A stretch of 64,000 nt of DNA from Octopus sinensis. Lineage: Eukaryota. The position numbers were made by a program, and so were the translations under genes. The stretch's first letter is position 1; every line of letters starts with the position of its first letter. The notes beneath the pieces are model-generated. The model was given only the letters and a program-made list of their open reading frames with translations. It had not been told where the DNA came from and did no database searches. The DNA is taken from contig NC_043003.1 in assembly GCF_006345805.1 (NCBI RefSeq), positions 52,266,001 to 52,330,000 on the forward strand, written 5' to 3'. Of the stretch, positions 24,603 to 37,320 are shown in pieces.

Positions 24603-25167
24603 AAAGGTGGATGAGAGGAGTTTCGGAAAATTCACGACCCGACATTTTCCCCCTCATAACTTTTAGGAAAATGGGTATTTTTTAATGAAATTTTATACTA
24701 ATGCCTTTCAAACTGTATAGATTACGAGTAGAAAGAAATTTATTGGCAAAATTTTATGGCAGGGTGCGAGGGAAGGAGTTTCTAGAAAACGGAGTTTCGG
24801 ATCAGACGGCCTATATAAGTTGGAATTTCTCCGTGTTGACGAGGATTTTTTCCTGTTTTTTTTTCTTCGGTACAGTCTTCGAAATGATGGGAGGCATTTT
24901 TTCACGAAAAAAAAAAAAAGAAAATAATTTTGGAAGTTTATGATTTTCTTTCACTCCAGTCATCTCCTCACCACGCCAGTCTGGAGGGATTTTAGCCAAT
25001 TTTAATTTTCACTACGTGCTTAAAACCCGCGAGAGAAACATTTTCGGTTTAAAAATAAATATGTTAATAATTTCAGAGAAAAATGTGTGATTTAAGGGAG
25101 ATCTAACTGTTGTTTCTAGCACAGCTCAAGACCTCCCTCCTAGTTTCTTTCTCACTATCACACCTCT

Positions 25168-25490
25168 TTACTTGCTTCAGTCATTTGACTGCGGCCATGC
25201 TGGAGCACCGCCTTTAGTCGAGCAAATCAACCCCAGGACTTATTCATTGTAAGTCTAGTACTTATTCTATCGGTCTCTTTTACCGAACCGCTATGTTGGG
25301 GGGACAAACACAGACACACAAACATATACACACATACATATATACACACATATATACGACACTGGTCACAAGGTTTTGGTCGGCCCGAGGCTATAGTAGA
25401 AGACACATGCCCAAGGTGCCATGCAGTGGGACTGAACCCAGAACCATGTGGTTGGTAAGCAAGCTACTTACCACACAGCCACTCCTGCGC
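25168..25490 (-). mobile_element. SINE type A with internal deletions
   Basis: Reverse complement of head (25350-25490) and body (25168-25320). Confidence 0.85.
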
Positions 25491-26079
25491 TTATTGATGT
25501 TTTACAATATTTTTCTCCCCATAAACACATTTTATGGAATAATGATACCAAACACACGTGTAGACCATTGCTGGGATATAAGCAAAGAAAAAAATGGTAA
25601 TTTGAATATTTACTCGCACCCCAACCAAGCGAAGCTGTATATGTGTATGTGCAAAAAAAAAAAAAAACCAACAAAAAATAAACATTTTCTATCAGAAAAT
25701 TATGGTATCAAAATGAATAATCTTTTACATACCTCTTATTAAAATCACTCTGGCTAAATACCAGCAATAATCTTCTCAGGCTCTCAACAGACCAATCACC
25801 TGCCTCTAGTTCGCCAACTATGTCTGCAACATCAACAGTCCAGTCTAACTACGAAGTTCTCACACATACCTGTTGTAACCTATTGTGTAATGCTAATTCA
25901 TGTATGGCAGTCATTGTATTTTATAACGGAGAATAAAATGTCGCTTACCAGTTCATTTCATCTTACGTTATATATCCATTCACACATTATCCATCACTTA
26001 CCATTTCATTATAAGTAGTGACCCTAAGCTAAAACATCTTTGTTATAGATCCATCCCATTCTTATAAAAATGATAATTT

Positions 26080-26450
26080 TGTCCAAACTGATGTGCTAAA
26101 CTCAAATTATCATTTCTGCAAAGCTTTAAAATTTCCAAATGAAACTTATAACATATGCTGCTCAGGTGGTAAGGTAAGATTGCCAGCACTACCAGCTCCT
26201 CAACCTCTTGTAGATCTTCTGGAAGGCACTTCCACCCAGTCAAAGGATTTTCTGAACAATATCAGACAATACAATTTTGCATTTCAAATTACATGGTTTG
26301 GTGCATCTAAGGAGATAGTTGAACATGGATTTATGCAGACGTTCAAAGTTCAAGGGCAAGTCTATCACCTCATTGGTTTCCTGTTACCCACAAATGAACA
26401 ACCACAGTTCCTCCAAATTTACTTTGAGTGATGTAGGACAACAAACTTGA
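26080..26450 (+). mobile_element. Helitron Rep N-terminal fragment
   Basis: FCKALKFPNETYNICCSGGKVRLP..FLNNIRQYNFAFQITWFG..TFKVQGQVYHLIGFLLP..PQFLQIYF, the conserved stretch upstream of the helitron_like_N domain. Confidence 0.88.
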
Positions 26451-26840
26451 AGGAGGTGTCAAAACTTCAGATGATGGGTCATGTTAGATGCAGTGCCGAC
26501 TGTCAAAACGGAGAGTATATCCACTGATAGCTTTTCGGCTATCACCCCCAATTTTCTATGACTGGTTAGGGCCTGGAATACTCCAAACGGACTCATGATA
26601 AGTTGCTTAGTTGAATTAGCCCATCAATTACTCCACAGATGTTTTGTCATCAATGCTGCACTTTCCCGTATTATCTGTTTCAACACAGCTATAATATATA
26701 CATACAAACTATATCATTTTAATCCTAAGCAACGCCAGGTATCTCTGCTAGTATTCAATATAAATAGATCGAATATGAGGGTTGATAACAGATTAAGTGA
26801 TCCTTTTCTTTATTATTTGTGTTATATTATTGACAATGAA

Positions 26841-27170
26841 GGTGCATGGCTCAGTGGTTAGAGCGTCGAGCTTACGATCGTGAGGTTGTGAGTTCGATTC
26901 CTGGACCGGGCTGCATGTTGTGTTCTTGAGCAAGACACTTTATTTCACATTGCTCCAGTTCACTCAGCTGTAGAAATGAGTTGCGATGTCACTGGTTCCT
27001 AGCTGAATCGGCCTTTGCCTTTCTCTTGGATAACATCAGTGGTGTGGAGGGGGAGGATGGTATGCATGGGTGACTGCTGGTCTTCCATAAACAACCTTGC
27101 CCGAACTTGTGCCTCGGAAGGTAACTTTCTAGGTGCAATCCCATGGTCATTCGTGACCAAAGGGGTTCTC
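26841..27170 (+). mobile_element. tRNA-derived CORE-like SINE (type D)
   Basis: A box TGGCTCAGTGG, B box GAGTTCGATTCC, then tgtgttcttgagcaagacacttt..cactcagctgtagaaatgagt. Confidence 0.8.
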
Positions 27171-27217
27171 CTCCATTATTGACAGACCTAGAAAGGTGAT
27201 GACATTGTAATGTTACT

Positions 27218-27423
27218 CTGATTTCAATACAAGGCCCGCAATTTTGAGGGGGTGGTGTTTGTCAGATGAATCAACCTTAATATTCAACTGGTACTTATTT
27301 TAATGACACTGCAGGGGTGAAAGTTGAAGTTGACCGTGGTGAGATTTGAATTCAGGACGCAAAGTTCCAGAGCAAACACCATGACATACTTTGTTTGATG
27401 CTCTAACGAGTCTGCCAATTCAC
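27218..27423 (-). mobile_element. SINE type C, diverged
   Basis: Reverse complement matches 13380-13590 (ggcagactcgttagagc..gaattcaaatctcacc..taaaataagtaccagttg). Confidence 0.7.
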
Positions 27424-30400
27424 TATCCTACACCAAGCCTGAAAGATAAATTATGTCAGTCATTATATCTTTGTATCTGCCAAATCCTCTTTGTAGTTCT
27501 GCTGTTCCTGCATATTATTGTTGTACTTATTCATTAGGTTACAGTGATGAGTAGCATGATATAATGATGTTGGCAGAATAGGAAGTGTTGGAGATAGATT
27601 TGTAGCCATAGTAGTAACTGGGGAAACTGATGATGTTGACTAGTTAGAAACATTATAAAAAAGGATCTTATGATCAAATGGCAGCTTAGTTGAATTGCTG
27701 GTGATGTCAAGTTTAGCAGATGTGTTTAGGGAAGGATATTTAAAGGCTGTTTTCCAAATGGCATTGGGATTTTAATTTTCACATTTTATTTAAATAGAAG
27801 TGCATCTGCAGGAAACTTTACTGTATTGTTTCAGTAACAAACCATATGTCCAACTTTGTAAAATAGGTTTACTAACACTCTTAATTGTATATAAAGTAAA
27901 CTTTTGGCTTGAGAGAACTAGCCATGTATAAGATACATTGTAATGGTTGAAAAATAAAAAACCTTTGAGTAGATACACATTAAATCTTCCAATTCATGGA
28001 GTGTGACCTTTTTATGCAGGCTCTTTGTACTACACCATTAAACTTTGGACTATAATTAGTACTTTCAATTTTCTTGCAGTTTAATTAGTCCCTTAACTGA
28101 ATGAATTCTAGTCAAGTACCATTATTAACTGATACTACTTTATAGGAACACCAAGCCTGGAAATGGATAATAAACATTTCCTAAAGTTTTCTGAGTTCTT
28201 ATAGGAACATAAAAAAGCTTCAATTCAAGTAGTGACTGAATCAACTATGATCCTCATATTCTCAATATTATTGTACGTACCCACAGCTCATGTGAAATCT
28301 TTTACAAGTTTATGCCTTAAGTTCCTTATCAGTACAAAAATCTGATTTTAGCACACATCACAAGACCTAACAAATTTTAAATATTTCTCCCCAAGATTAG
28401 GCCACTAAACACAAACCCTTGCATTTTTCAGTACTTGTTGTACACTTATATGTATGTCTTGAACTGTTCCATGAAAGAACTTTTGCATGATCAGGTTCTT
28501 GAGATATTTTAAAGATGAAAGACAATTCTCTACAGTTAGTTAAGGAGTTGTACATCTGGCAAATTGTCATTCTAAAAGACATGGTTAAGATAATTCTTTT
28601 CCAGCAATGTGTTTTTTAGAGCAATCATAAAGTGAATGCATTAAAATTATATTTTGTCTTCAACTGTGAGCATCAGTAAAATTGATTCATTATCAGTGTC
28701 AGAATGTAAAGCACTTGTAAAGAACACTGCATCAAACTGATTTAAGTTATGCTTTAGTCTTTCGAGAACATCAACATGACTGATGGTTTTTACCAAGCAT
28801 GTGAATGATTTTCAAATTCTATTATGATAATATGGGGGAGGAGTATAACTTACCAATTCACAGAAAATCTTTCCAGAAAAAACAAACAAACAAACAAAAT
28901 ATGAATATATCAGTAACATAAATCCCCAGTTAGAAAATGCCTTAATCTTTTCATGCACTGCATTGTTTTCACATTCAATATTGCTTCAATTTCTTTGCAT
29001 ATTATAAAGTATATGACAAATATACACCAGGAACTTTTCATTTTGAGACATTATTCATGATATGGTAAATGCCACAGCATCAGTAGTAAATGTTTCACAC
29101 CCAGTGGAGAATGATTAATGTTGCCAAAATAGGTATTGTCTAAGAAGTGTTTTTGTTTTCTTAAAAACTTCTTGATTCTTTCTCCAGTACGAGAACAAAC
29201 TACATATGTAAACTTTGGTATAAACTGGTGACAATAGTTTATCAACCCCCAATGATTCAAAGATTCTTCAATTTATTCTGATTTACATGCCTTAGCTTTT
29301 TGTAACTGTTGGATTACAAGGTAGTTTTATCCCCTCCTTTGAAATATACGGAACATGTATGATTAATAGTTTTGTTTGGATTGGTTCCTTTCATACCAGT
29401 AACAGGTGCATTTTCTCAATTCTTTAATTTATTCTTGTCACCCTGATAATTAATTTTGTCAGCTACAAGAAGAACTGTACCATGCACACATATATATAGT
29501 GATTGCTCTATCTTCACAGACGATTGCTGTCTCCTTATACTTTGTAGTAAATGGCATTTCTGACTTTCTATCCACAACCTTTCACACAAAAACATGTGTG
29601 TGTGTGTGTATTTGTGAAAGATATATTTTGTGAATTTACTGATAAGAGAAAAATATACTTGATTCTCTATCACCACATTGAGCCTTACAATCCAGTTATA
29701 GTATATAATTTAAAGGTTAAGGTTTAAATATAAATTATATAAGACAAAGTTAATAAGTCCTTCAATGCAAAGGTTTATTTTGGTGTTTTTGATTTTTTTT
29801 TTGTCCTAGGTAGGTATATTAAAATATATGTACATTTTGTCATACAGATTGTTTTGTAAGACATTTTCTTGTTCAACTGTCAACTGAAGATTACAGTGAC
29901 CTTAGTAAGGTCTCTATATCACTCCCTTTGGCAGTGCTGACCAGTTTTGATTCCACTAGGGAATATCCAGGTTCTTTTGGCCACATTGTAGAGTGACATT
30001 TTAACTGCTGCTATCAAGGGTCAGAAGCAATTTCCTACTTAATTATTTTGTTTAACTACTTGCTGAGGATTTACTATGGCTTTATCTTCAAGTATCTCTG
30101 CTATATTCATGAAGTGTTCTCTGCAATTTACCCCTTTCAGCTCTGTTATCTTTCTGAAGATCAATATCATCCAGGTATGACATTGCAAATTTATTTGGAA
30201 ACACACCTCCAGAGGAAGTACTGTATGCCTACTGCCAATCGTTGTTTCACATGACTCCATGAAACCATCATATTTCAAATACTTCATTTACCCATTCCAT
30301 ATTTTTTTTTCTCAAACTACAACTCAATTTTTAGAATATTTTTCATTAAATCAGATTATGCTATAAATTCAAGGCATCACTTCCTATTGCTACTTAATAG

Positions 30401-31474
30401 AAGGTCTTGTACCATTCCACCAGCTCTACAGAGTTTGTATTCTAGGATTAAAGAGTTCACTCTTTACTGTATCAATTTACATTCAGAGTTATTGCTCTTG
30501 CAGCTAATAAAATCCATATATCTGTGCAATATCAGTAGAAAACATTTTGTATGCATGTCTAATTTCCTTGACAGGTTACTTTGATTATAGCTGAAGGGCC
30601 ATATCTCACCATAATTTAGGGAAAAGGTATTTAGCTACCAAGGGGAGATCAGAGTGAAAGTCTAATATTAAGAATAAAGTTTGTGCTTGTGATATAGTGT
30701 GGAGAGACAATTACCAAGAGATTTCTTACATACACTCTTATAGACATATATATAGATGTTTTTTCATGCGTAAATTGAACAAAATTAACATATCTGAACC
30801 ATGTTTTTGTTCTATCACATCTTCAATGGGTTTAGAACAACTGTTTAATGGTGTAAATTCTATTCATTATGTTTTAAGTGGTCACAATACTGGCTGTTGA
30901 CACCATTGATCATTTATTAAACATCAAGGTCAGATTTTTAAAGTTTATGAGTAAGAATTTCTGCATGTGCCCACAGGCAGAAATTAGCTTATTTTCTTTA
31001 GGATTGGAGTAGAATGGCAAATAATAAAACCATTTATATAACAGTGACGTGTTTATTAATAATATGCTAAGTCGAGCTCACACACACAGGGGCTTCTCAG
31101 TTTCTGTCAACCAAATAATTTTCATCGAAGGTCACATAATTTTGATCCAGTTTTAAATGATGGTGCCCTATTTAATACTGCCCGTGTATTTCAGAAATAC
31201 ATGATGAAATGAAATAAGCTGTTGAATGTGTGTGGCGTGAGTGCTATGTAGCTATATGCTTGTGTAGTTACCGGTGACATAAGCATGGTATTATACTTTG
31301 GTCGTTATCTCTTTACAATAATTTTCATCGAAGGTTTTATATTTCAAGCAGCTGTAGTTCAATTTTGTTTTTCTTGTTAACAGTTGGTGGAATCTGCTGT
31401 TGATGAGATAGATGATATGCTTTGCAATACTGATTTTTACAATAGTATGGTGGAATCATTATTGTTGTCATTTT

Positions 31475-31897
31475 AATAATAATAATGAAATTATTGTATA
31501 CAGTGCTCAGGTGCACCACAACTTGTCAAAAGTGCGTATAAAAAATATGCAGTAATGTACAAATGTCTGGAAAGCGAACAGTGTATGAGTCAGATACATG
31601 CTTGCATGTGTATGGAGGGGAGAAAATCAGGTGTAGTGTTGGCAGATCTCAGGAAGCATGGAAGTTTTGAAGGATGCAGAGCTCCGACAACTAACAACTG
31701 ATGCTGGCAGTTTGTTCCATGCTTCAGCAACTCTTAGCGTGAAAAAATGTTTCTGAAAGTCATGGGAGCTGTGCTGTTTTCTGACTTTGTAAACATGTCC
31801 ACGGGTGTTAGACAGGTGGAGTTTGAAAAGGTGCTCAGAGTTATTGTTAGTAAGATGGTTAATAATTTTATGAGTGTCTGCCAAGTCAGCTGCCAGA
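31475..31897 (-). mobile_element. CR1-clade LINE 3' end, same family as 22201-22690
   Basis: ADTHKIINHLTNNNSEHLFKLHLSNTRGHVYKVRKQ..EICQHYT*; near-identical to the 22-kb copy. Confidence 0.9.
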
Positions 31898-32560
31898 TAA
31901 TGTCTACTTTTCCATACATGGGTCAGACAAAATTTGTTTAAACAGATTTTCTAGGGCCTGATGCTCTTCTTGTCATCAACTGTCACATATCTAAACAAAA
32001 TATTTTTTACCCTAGTTCAGACATTTTTATCATGGATGTTTGCAAACAAATGACACCATTTATATAACAGTGACATGTGTTTATTATTAATATGCTAAGT
32101 CAAGCTCACACACACACAGGGCCTTCTCAGTTTCTGTCAACCAAATTCACTCATTGCTTGTGCTTATACCAAATATTATACAATATCATATTTCTCATTT
32201 TTGTTGGTGAGCCTATTTTTAACAATACTCAACCTTTCATTACATTATCTCTTTATCTTATCAACTCTAAATAGGTGATGCTAGAGAATTTGGGGTAACA
32301 TTGTAGTTCAAAACAGTTTCATGGATCAAGGCATGTCTTAAATTATTCAATATAGTTATTCTAAAGTTTTACAGGAGATATTTCTGGTGAAATGCCATCT
32401 AGAAAGAAAGATTTGTCTTACCTACAATACATAAATTACTACTTCATTCAGAGTCAAACAGTAGAAAATCCAGTTGGTTATATCATTCACATAGTTAAAA
32501 ATTTGAACAAATGAAAGTCATGTTTTACAAATTGAAACAAACATTGATATATATTCATTG

Positions 32561-32596
32561 TATTTTCAAATAATTTCATACATTTTATTTATTCTT
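32561..32596 (-). terminator. Putative poly(A) signal block of ZNF-A
   Basis: Minus strand AAGAATAAATAAAATGTATGAAATTATTTGAAAATA, identical to 46767-46802. Confidence 0.65.
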
Positions 32597-33399
32597 TACA
32601 CTTTATATTTTTAATTTATTCTTATTCTTTGGCACTTCAGATTTTTAAAGATAATAAATTTCATGAGACAAGATTTAGAGTGACAATACATGACAAAAGA
32701 AAAAAACAAACATCATTTGTTTCCTAATACACATACTTTTGATGGCAATTAAATAATGATAAAATTGTGACAGCTGTATATCTATAAGCAGACTAATTAT
32801 CAAAATTAATTCAAAATAAATTAAACTGAAAATGCAACAACACATTATCAGTAATAATTTGATAGACAGGTTTACACACTTATATAAAATATAATAATAA
32901 TTTACACCACAGTGGCACAAGAGTTTACAATCAGAAAGTGGAAAAGTTACATTTATGAAATTTTGAATATTTTTCAGAAGAGTTTCTCAACGAGTATAGT
33001 ATATCAAAAGATATAAGTCTATTCTAAAAAGTCATGATTGGGGAAATATTTTCCTCTGAAATAATTCTACTAAAATGTCACAATAACATTATAACAATTA
33101 CTTTCACACAATTTCTAAGAATTACTATACATTCTAATATAGCATAGTTTCTACAGGTTTCATGTTGTGATAACTTCATTCATTGCCAAAAACAAAAAAC
33201 AAAAAAAATGTTTTCCAAGGTTATAACAGTGATAGAATTTCACAACTGCACCAATATATAAATGGAACTAGCTAAAACACAAAGAGAATAGTTTAATCAT
33301 AAATATCACCCGTATAAATATTTTAATATGTCCATGTGAGAATGATATACTGTGTACATCACAGTGGAGTTTACCAAATGTTTACAACAGACAATATGG

Positions 33400-34880
33400 T
33401 ATGAGAAAAGTTAAATACACCAGAATATATTTAGTTTTCCATTAAAATGATTTGGCTAAAGATTTCTCAAGTTTATGTCTGTCTCAAAATGTCGGGCAAA
33501 TGTGTTCAGTCAAGCTGAGTCTCAGTTTTGGTCCTCACATACAAAGATGCTATCTAGTTTTATACTTGTCAAAACTACAGCATTTGATGACTAATTCTGA
33601 AAACCTATAGTGATTACTATATTTGACTACAAGGAGACTGTAGTACTGTACTTTTGTTAGTTTGTCATGCCCTTCCAGATAGGTGAGGCTGTTGATGTTC
33701 ATTCATCTGTAGATTGATGTTATATGGGCCTCCAGTGGGTTGTAGTTCTGAGGCTGAGTGAAGTGTTTAGTAAAGGAGTTCGCTGAGAGATCATCAAAAA
33801 GTGCGAGTCTAGCATTTGTATCAACTTTGATAGGTTTAATTGTGTTAGAGGGCTTGTTTCTTTGATTTGTATCTTTGTGCTGTTGAAGGAGACTAGATTG
33901 TCATATAAACACATTGAAAGTTGTTTTCAAGAGGCTTGTTCATGGAGGTAGTATATGATTGAGGTGTGGTTTTTAGGATGTACATCAATGTTGCTGAACA
34001 TAGGAGTGAAGGGTGGAACTGTCGGCAGAAGAAAGGTTGTGTCTATTTTTAAGTGATAGTAAATTTATAATTAATGTACAGGAAGAAAGGTTTGATTGAC
34101 ATAACCACACCTTGAATACACCAGAGTTTATGGAGTGTGAATCTGCACATGTTGCAATTGTCTAACAGGAATCCAAAAATGAAAGACAGATGGAGACCAT
34201 ATTTGGGCAAAGTAACTAGGTTTTTATACTAAACATGGTCAAAAGATTTGCTGATTTCAGATGCGACAATTTTGCTTGCACTAGAGTTATGTAAGAGCAA
34301 AACTTCAGTTTATCTGCATCCACAGAAATTATATTGTATTTAATCATCATCTTTGAAAAGCTAGGAGTGATATATTGGCAGTCAGGGAAATTACCCATTT
34401 TGAAGAATATGAGACACTTTATTAAATCGGAATAGATTCTGGTAGGTATAGACTAACTGGTTATAACTCAGGAATACACAGATTAAGTGTGATTAAAAGA
34501 AAGTTAAAAGTTGTCTTGTTGGGCTGAAGTGATTCAGGAGATTTTTGCACATGATGATTGAATTCATGTGGTTTGGATGAAATTGGAGACATTGGGAAGG
34601 AGAGATTGAGAGAGTGTTGTAGAGCATGTGCAGTGTGGAATTGAAGCGAAGAACAAATGACAAAGTGGATGAGCAGCTAACATAAGCTGTCTTGTTTGTG
34701 GAATGGTGGGTTGAGGTCAGTAGAGAACACTTTTGTGCAAGGGATCATAAAACTCAGGAAGTGAGAGAGCTTGCAGGCTATGTCATGCACAAAGACACTT
34801 CTTTTCTGCGTTTCAGAGGTGGTTGCTACAGTGGATACAAACTTTTATGTTCATGTTGATTACAGGCATTAGTTGCATGA
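33400..34880 (-). mobile_element. Decayed Jockey/CR1-superclade LINE ORF2 in the putative ZNF-A 3' UTR
   Basis: FASNSTL-like (about 34640), PDCQY, EISKSFDHV*YKNL..YGLH, INSGV.QG..FLYIN, ADSSTLH and NLVSFNSTK, in RT order. Confidence 0.75.
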
Positions 34881-35223
34881 AAGATGTGTTGGCCAGTAGT
34901 CAAAATAACTACTTGTTGAAGGTGGTGTTGTTAAAGCTGACAGCATATTAGGTGGATAATGCCCAACTCAGATAAAACAATGAACATTTAAAAATTAGAC
35001 CGGTATGTTCTCTTTAAAGCAAGATTAAAATACTTTTGCATGCAATTAACTAATCTGGTCTAAAAACATGCTACATAATGTCACAATTGGTTAACAATAT
35101 TTTTAGTTTAGGCTATGTTTTTCAGAAGAGATAAAAGTTACTTCCTTAATATACTGCAAAAAGGACAGCTAACATGTTGCAACAGATGTTAATGGTCAAA
35201 TCCCAGCACTTAGCGTAAAATGA

Positions 35224-37146
35224 TTATTCTACTGCATGAACATGCTGGTGAATATTCAAAGTTGTTTTATGTGAAAATGTTTTACCACAGATTTCGCAAT
35301 GGTATGGTTTTTCCCCTGTGTGGATGCGTTTATGAATAGTTAAAATGATATTTGCAGAGAACGCTTTATTGCAGATGTCACACTGATAGGATTTTTCTCT
35401 TGTGTGAATACGTTTGTGAAGAGTCAGATACTCGTTGCGAGAAAATGTTTTACCACAAGTATCACAATGGTATGGTTTCTCACCTGAATGAATATGTTTG
35501 TGTCTGATTAAATATCTCTTCTGTGCGAATATTTTCCCACAGACATCACATTGGTGTAGTTTTTCACCAGCATAAAAATGATCGTCAGCTGAATTTTCAC
35601 CTCCTGCAAAATCTTTACCAGAGGTATCACAATGATAAGAACTTGCAGTGTGGATATGTTTGTGCTTAATTAAATATCTCCCCCGTGCAAACTTTTTACC
35701 ACATACATCACACTGGTATGGTTTTTCACCTGAGTGAATGTGTTTGTGACGAGTTAAATCTCCACTTTGAGAGAATGCTTTACCACAAACATCACACTCA
35801 TAAGGTTTTTCCCCTGTATGAATACGTTTGTGACATCTCAAATAATCATTGCGAGAGAATGTTTTGCTACAGATCTCACACTGATATGGTTTCTCTCCCG
35901 AATGAATAAGTTTGTGAGAAGTTAAATACCCATTTCGAGTAAAAGCTTTACCACATATATCACAGCGGTATGGTTTTTCCCCTGAGTGAATATGTTTATG
36001 CCTAATTAAATATCTCTTCCGCGAAAATATTTTACCACAGATATCACACGGGTGTGGTTTATCTGAGTGAATATTTTTATGAGAGGTTAAATTTTCAATT
36101 ACAGTGAACTTTTTACCACAGACATCACACTGGAAAGGTTTCTCAATAGTGTGAATACGTTTGTGACGAGATAAATCTCCACTTATAGAGAATGCTTTGC
36201 CACAGACATCACAGTGATATGGTTTCTCACCTGTGTGAATATTTCGATGATTGCTTAAATGTCCACTTTGAGAAAATGATTTGTGACAGACTTCACACTG
36301 GTATGGTTTCTCATCTGAATGAATACGTTTATGAGAAGTTAAATTTCCACTTGTTGAGAACGATTTACCACAGACATCACATTGGTATGGTTTCTTACCT
36401 GTGTGTATTCGCTTATGACATGTCAGATGTCCACTTCCAGAGAATCTTTTACCACAGACATCACATTCATATGGTTTTACCCCAGTATGAATACGTAGAT
36501 GACGTTTCAAATAATCATTCCGAGAGAACGTTTTAGTACAGATATCACACTGGTACGGTTTCTCCCCAGTGTGAATAAGTTTATGATAAGTTAAATATCC
36601 ATTTTGGGAGAATGATTTGCCACACACATCACACTGGTATGGCTTCTCATTGACATGAACACGTTTATGAACAGATAATGCTTTAGTTTCAGAAAATAAC
36701 TCACCACAGATATTGCAACGATAAGGTTTCTCTTCCGTATGAATACGTTTATGGGCTGCAAAACTTTCACTGGAGTAGAATGTCTTACCACAAACGTCAC
36801 AGCGGCTTGGTTTTATTCCTGAGTGTATTCGTTTGTGACGTTTCAGATTATCATTGCGAGAATATCTTTTACTACAGACATCACAATGGAATGGTTTCTC
36901 TATTGAATATGTACATTTATGGCGAGTTAATTTAGAATTGTCTGAGAAGGTTTTACCACAGATGTCACAGTGATATGGTTTTTTTTCATTGTGGATATTC
37001 TTGTGATTAGTCAAACTATCAGCATCAGAGAATATGAGTAAACATATGCTGCACGTATAGAATTTCTTTGTTAAACGTAATCGTGGCACTTTAGCTTCAG
37101 GTTTTGGTTCATCATTATCTTGACATTTACTTACTGTCTCCTCCAT
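35224..37146 (-). CDS. C2H2 zinc-finger protein ZNF-A, 640 aa, 22 finger units (20 canonical; F2 and F18 degenerate)
   Basis: Open frame with TGEKP-type linkers; in-frame TAA five codons upstream of ATG 37146; no recognisable effector domain. Confidence 0.95.
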   Translation of the reverse strand: MEETVSKCQDNDEPKPEAKVPRLRLTKKFYTCSICLLIFSDADSLTNHKNIHNEKKPYHCDICGKTFSDNSKLTRHKCTYSIEKPFHCDVCSKRYSRNDNLKRHKRIHSGIKPSRCDVCGKTFYSSESFAAHKRIHTEEKPYRCNICGELFSETKALSVHKRVHVNEKPYQCDVCGKSFSQNGYLTYHKLIHTGEKPYQCDICTKTFSRNDYLKRHLRIHTGVKPYECDVCGKRFSGSGHLTCHKRIHTGKKPYQCDVCGKSFSTSGNLTSHKRIHSDEKPYQCEVCHKSFSQSGHLSNHRNIHTGEKPYHCDVCGKAFSISGDLSRHKRIHTIEKPFQCDVCGKKFTVIENLTSHKNIHSDKPHPCDICGKIFSRKRYLIRHKHIHSGEKPYRCDICGKAFTRNGYLTSHKLIHSGEKPYQCEICSKTFSRNDYLRCHKRIHTGEKPYECDVCGKAFSQSGDLTRHKHIHSGEKPYQCDVCGKKFARGRYLIKHKHIHTASSYHCDTSGKDFAGGENSADDHFYAGEKLHQCDVCGKIFAQKRYLIRHKHIHSGEKPYHCDTCGKTFSRNEYLTLHKRIHTREKSYQCDICNKAFSANIILTIHKRIHTGEKPYHCEICGKTFSHKTTLNIHQHVHAVE

Positions 37147-37310
37147 AATGTCTGTTGGTTATCAAATACCAATGTAATTCTTTTTTTTTAAATTTTACAA
37201 ATTACTTCATGGTTAATAAACAAAAGTCACATGTCTTCTTGAAAATGTCATTCTTCTGTTTTTCATACCCTTCTTTATGAATTCCTTTATGAATGTTTGG
37301 TGAGAAATTT

Positions 37311-37320
37311 CCTGAAATAA
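37311..37320 (-). other. Putative 3' splice acceptor of the ZNF-A coding exon
   Basis: ttatttcag|gaaatttctcacc, matched by atttcag|gaaacttctcacc at 51273-51280 in ZNF-B. Confidence 0.7.

Noticed and set aside
26841-26915. Possible tRNA gene
   Set aside because: It has A and B boxes but no convincing acceptor stem, and it runs directly into a SINE body.
29150-29270. Weak BRCT-like pattern (FIPKFTYVVCSRTGERIKKFL)
   Set aside because: It is too short and degenerate to support by eye, and it is flanked by stops.
33400-37146. ZNF-RT fusion protein, or a LINE with a zinc-finger ORF1
   Set aside because: The ZNF stop codons are followed by non-coding sequence, the RT relic is full of stops and frameshifts, and I see no endonuclease domain.
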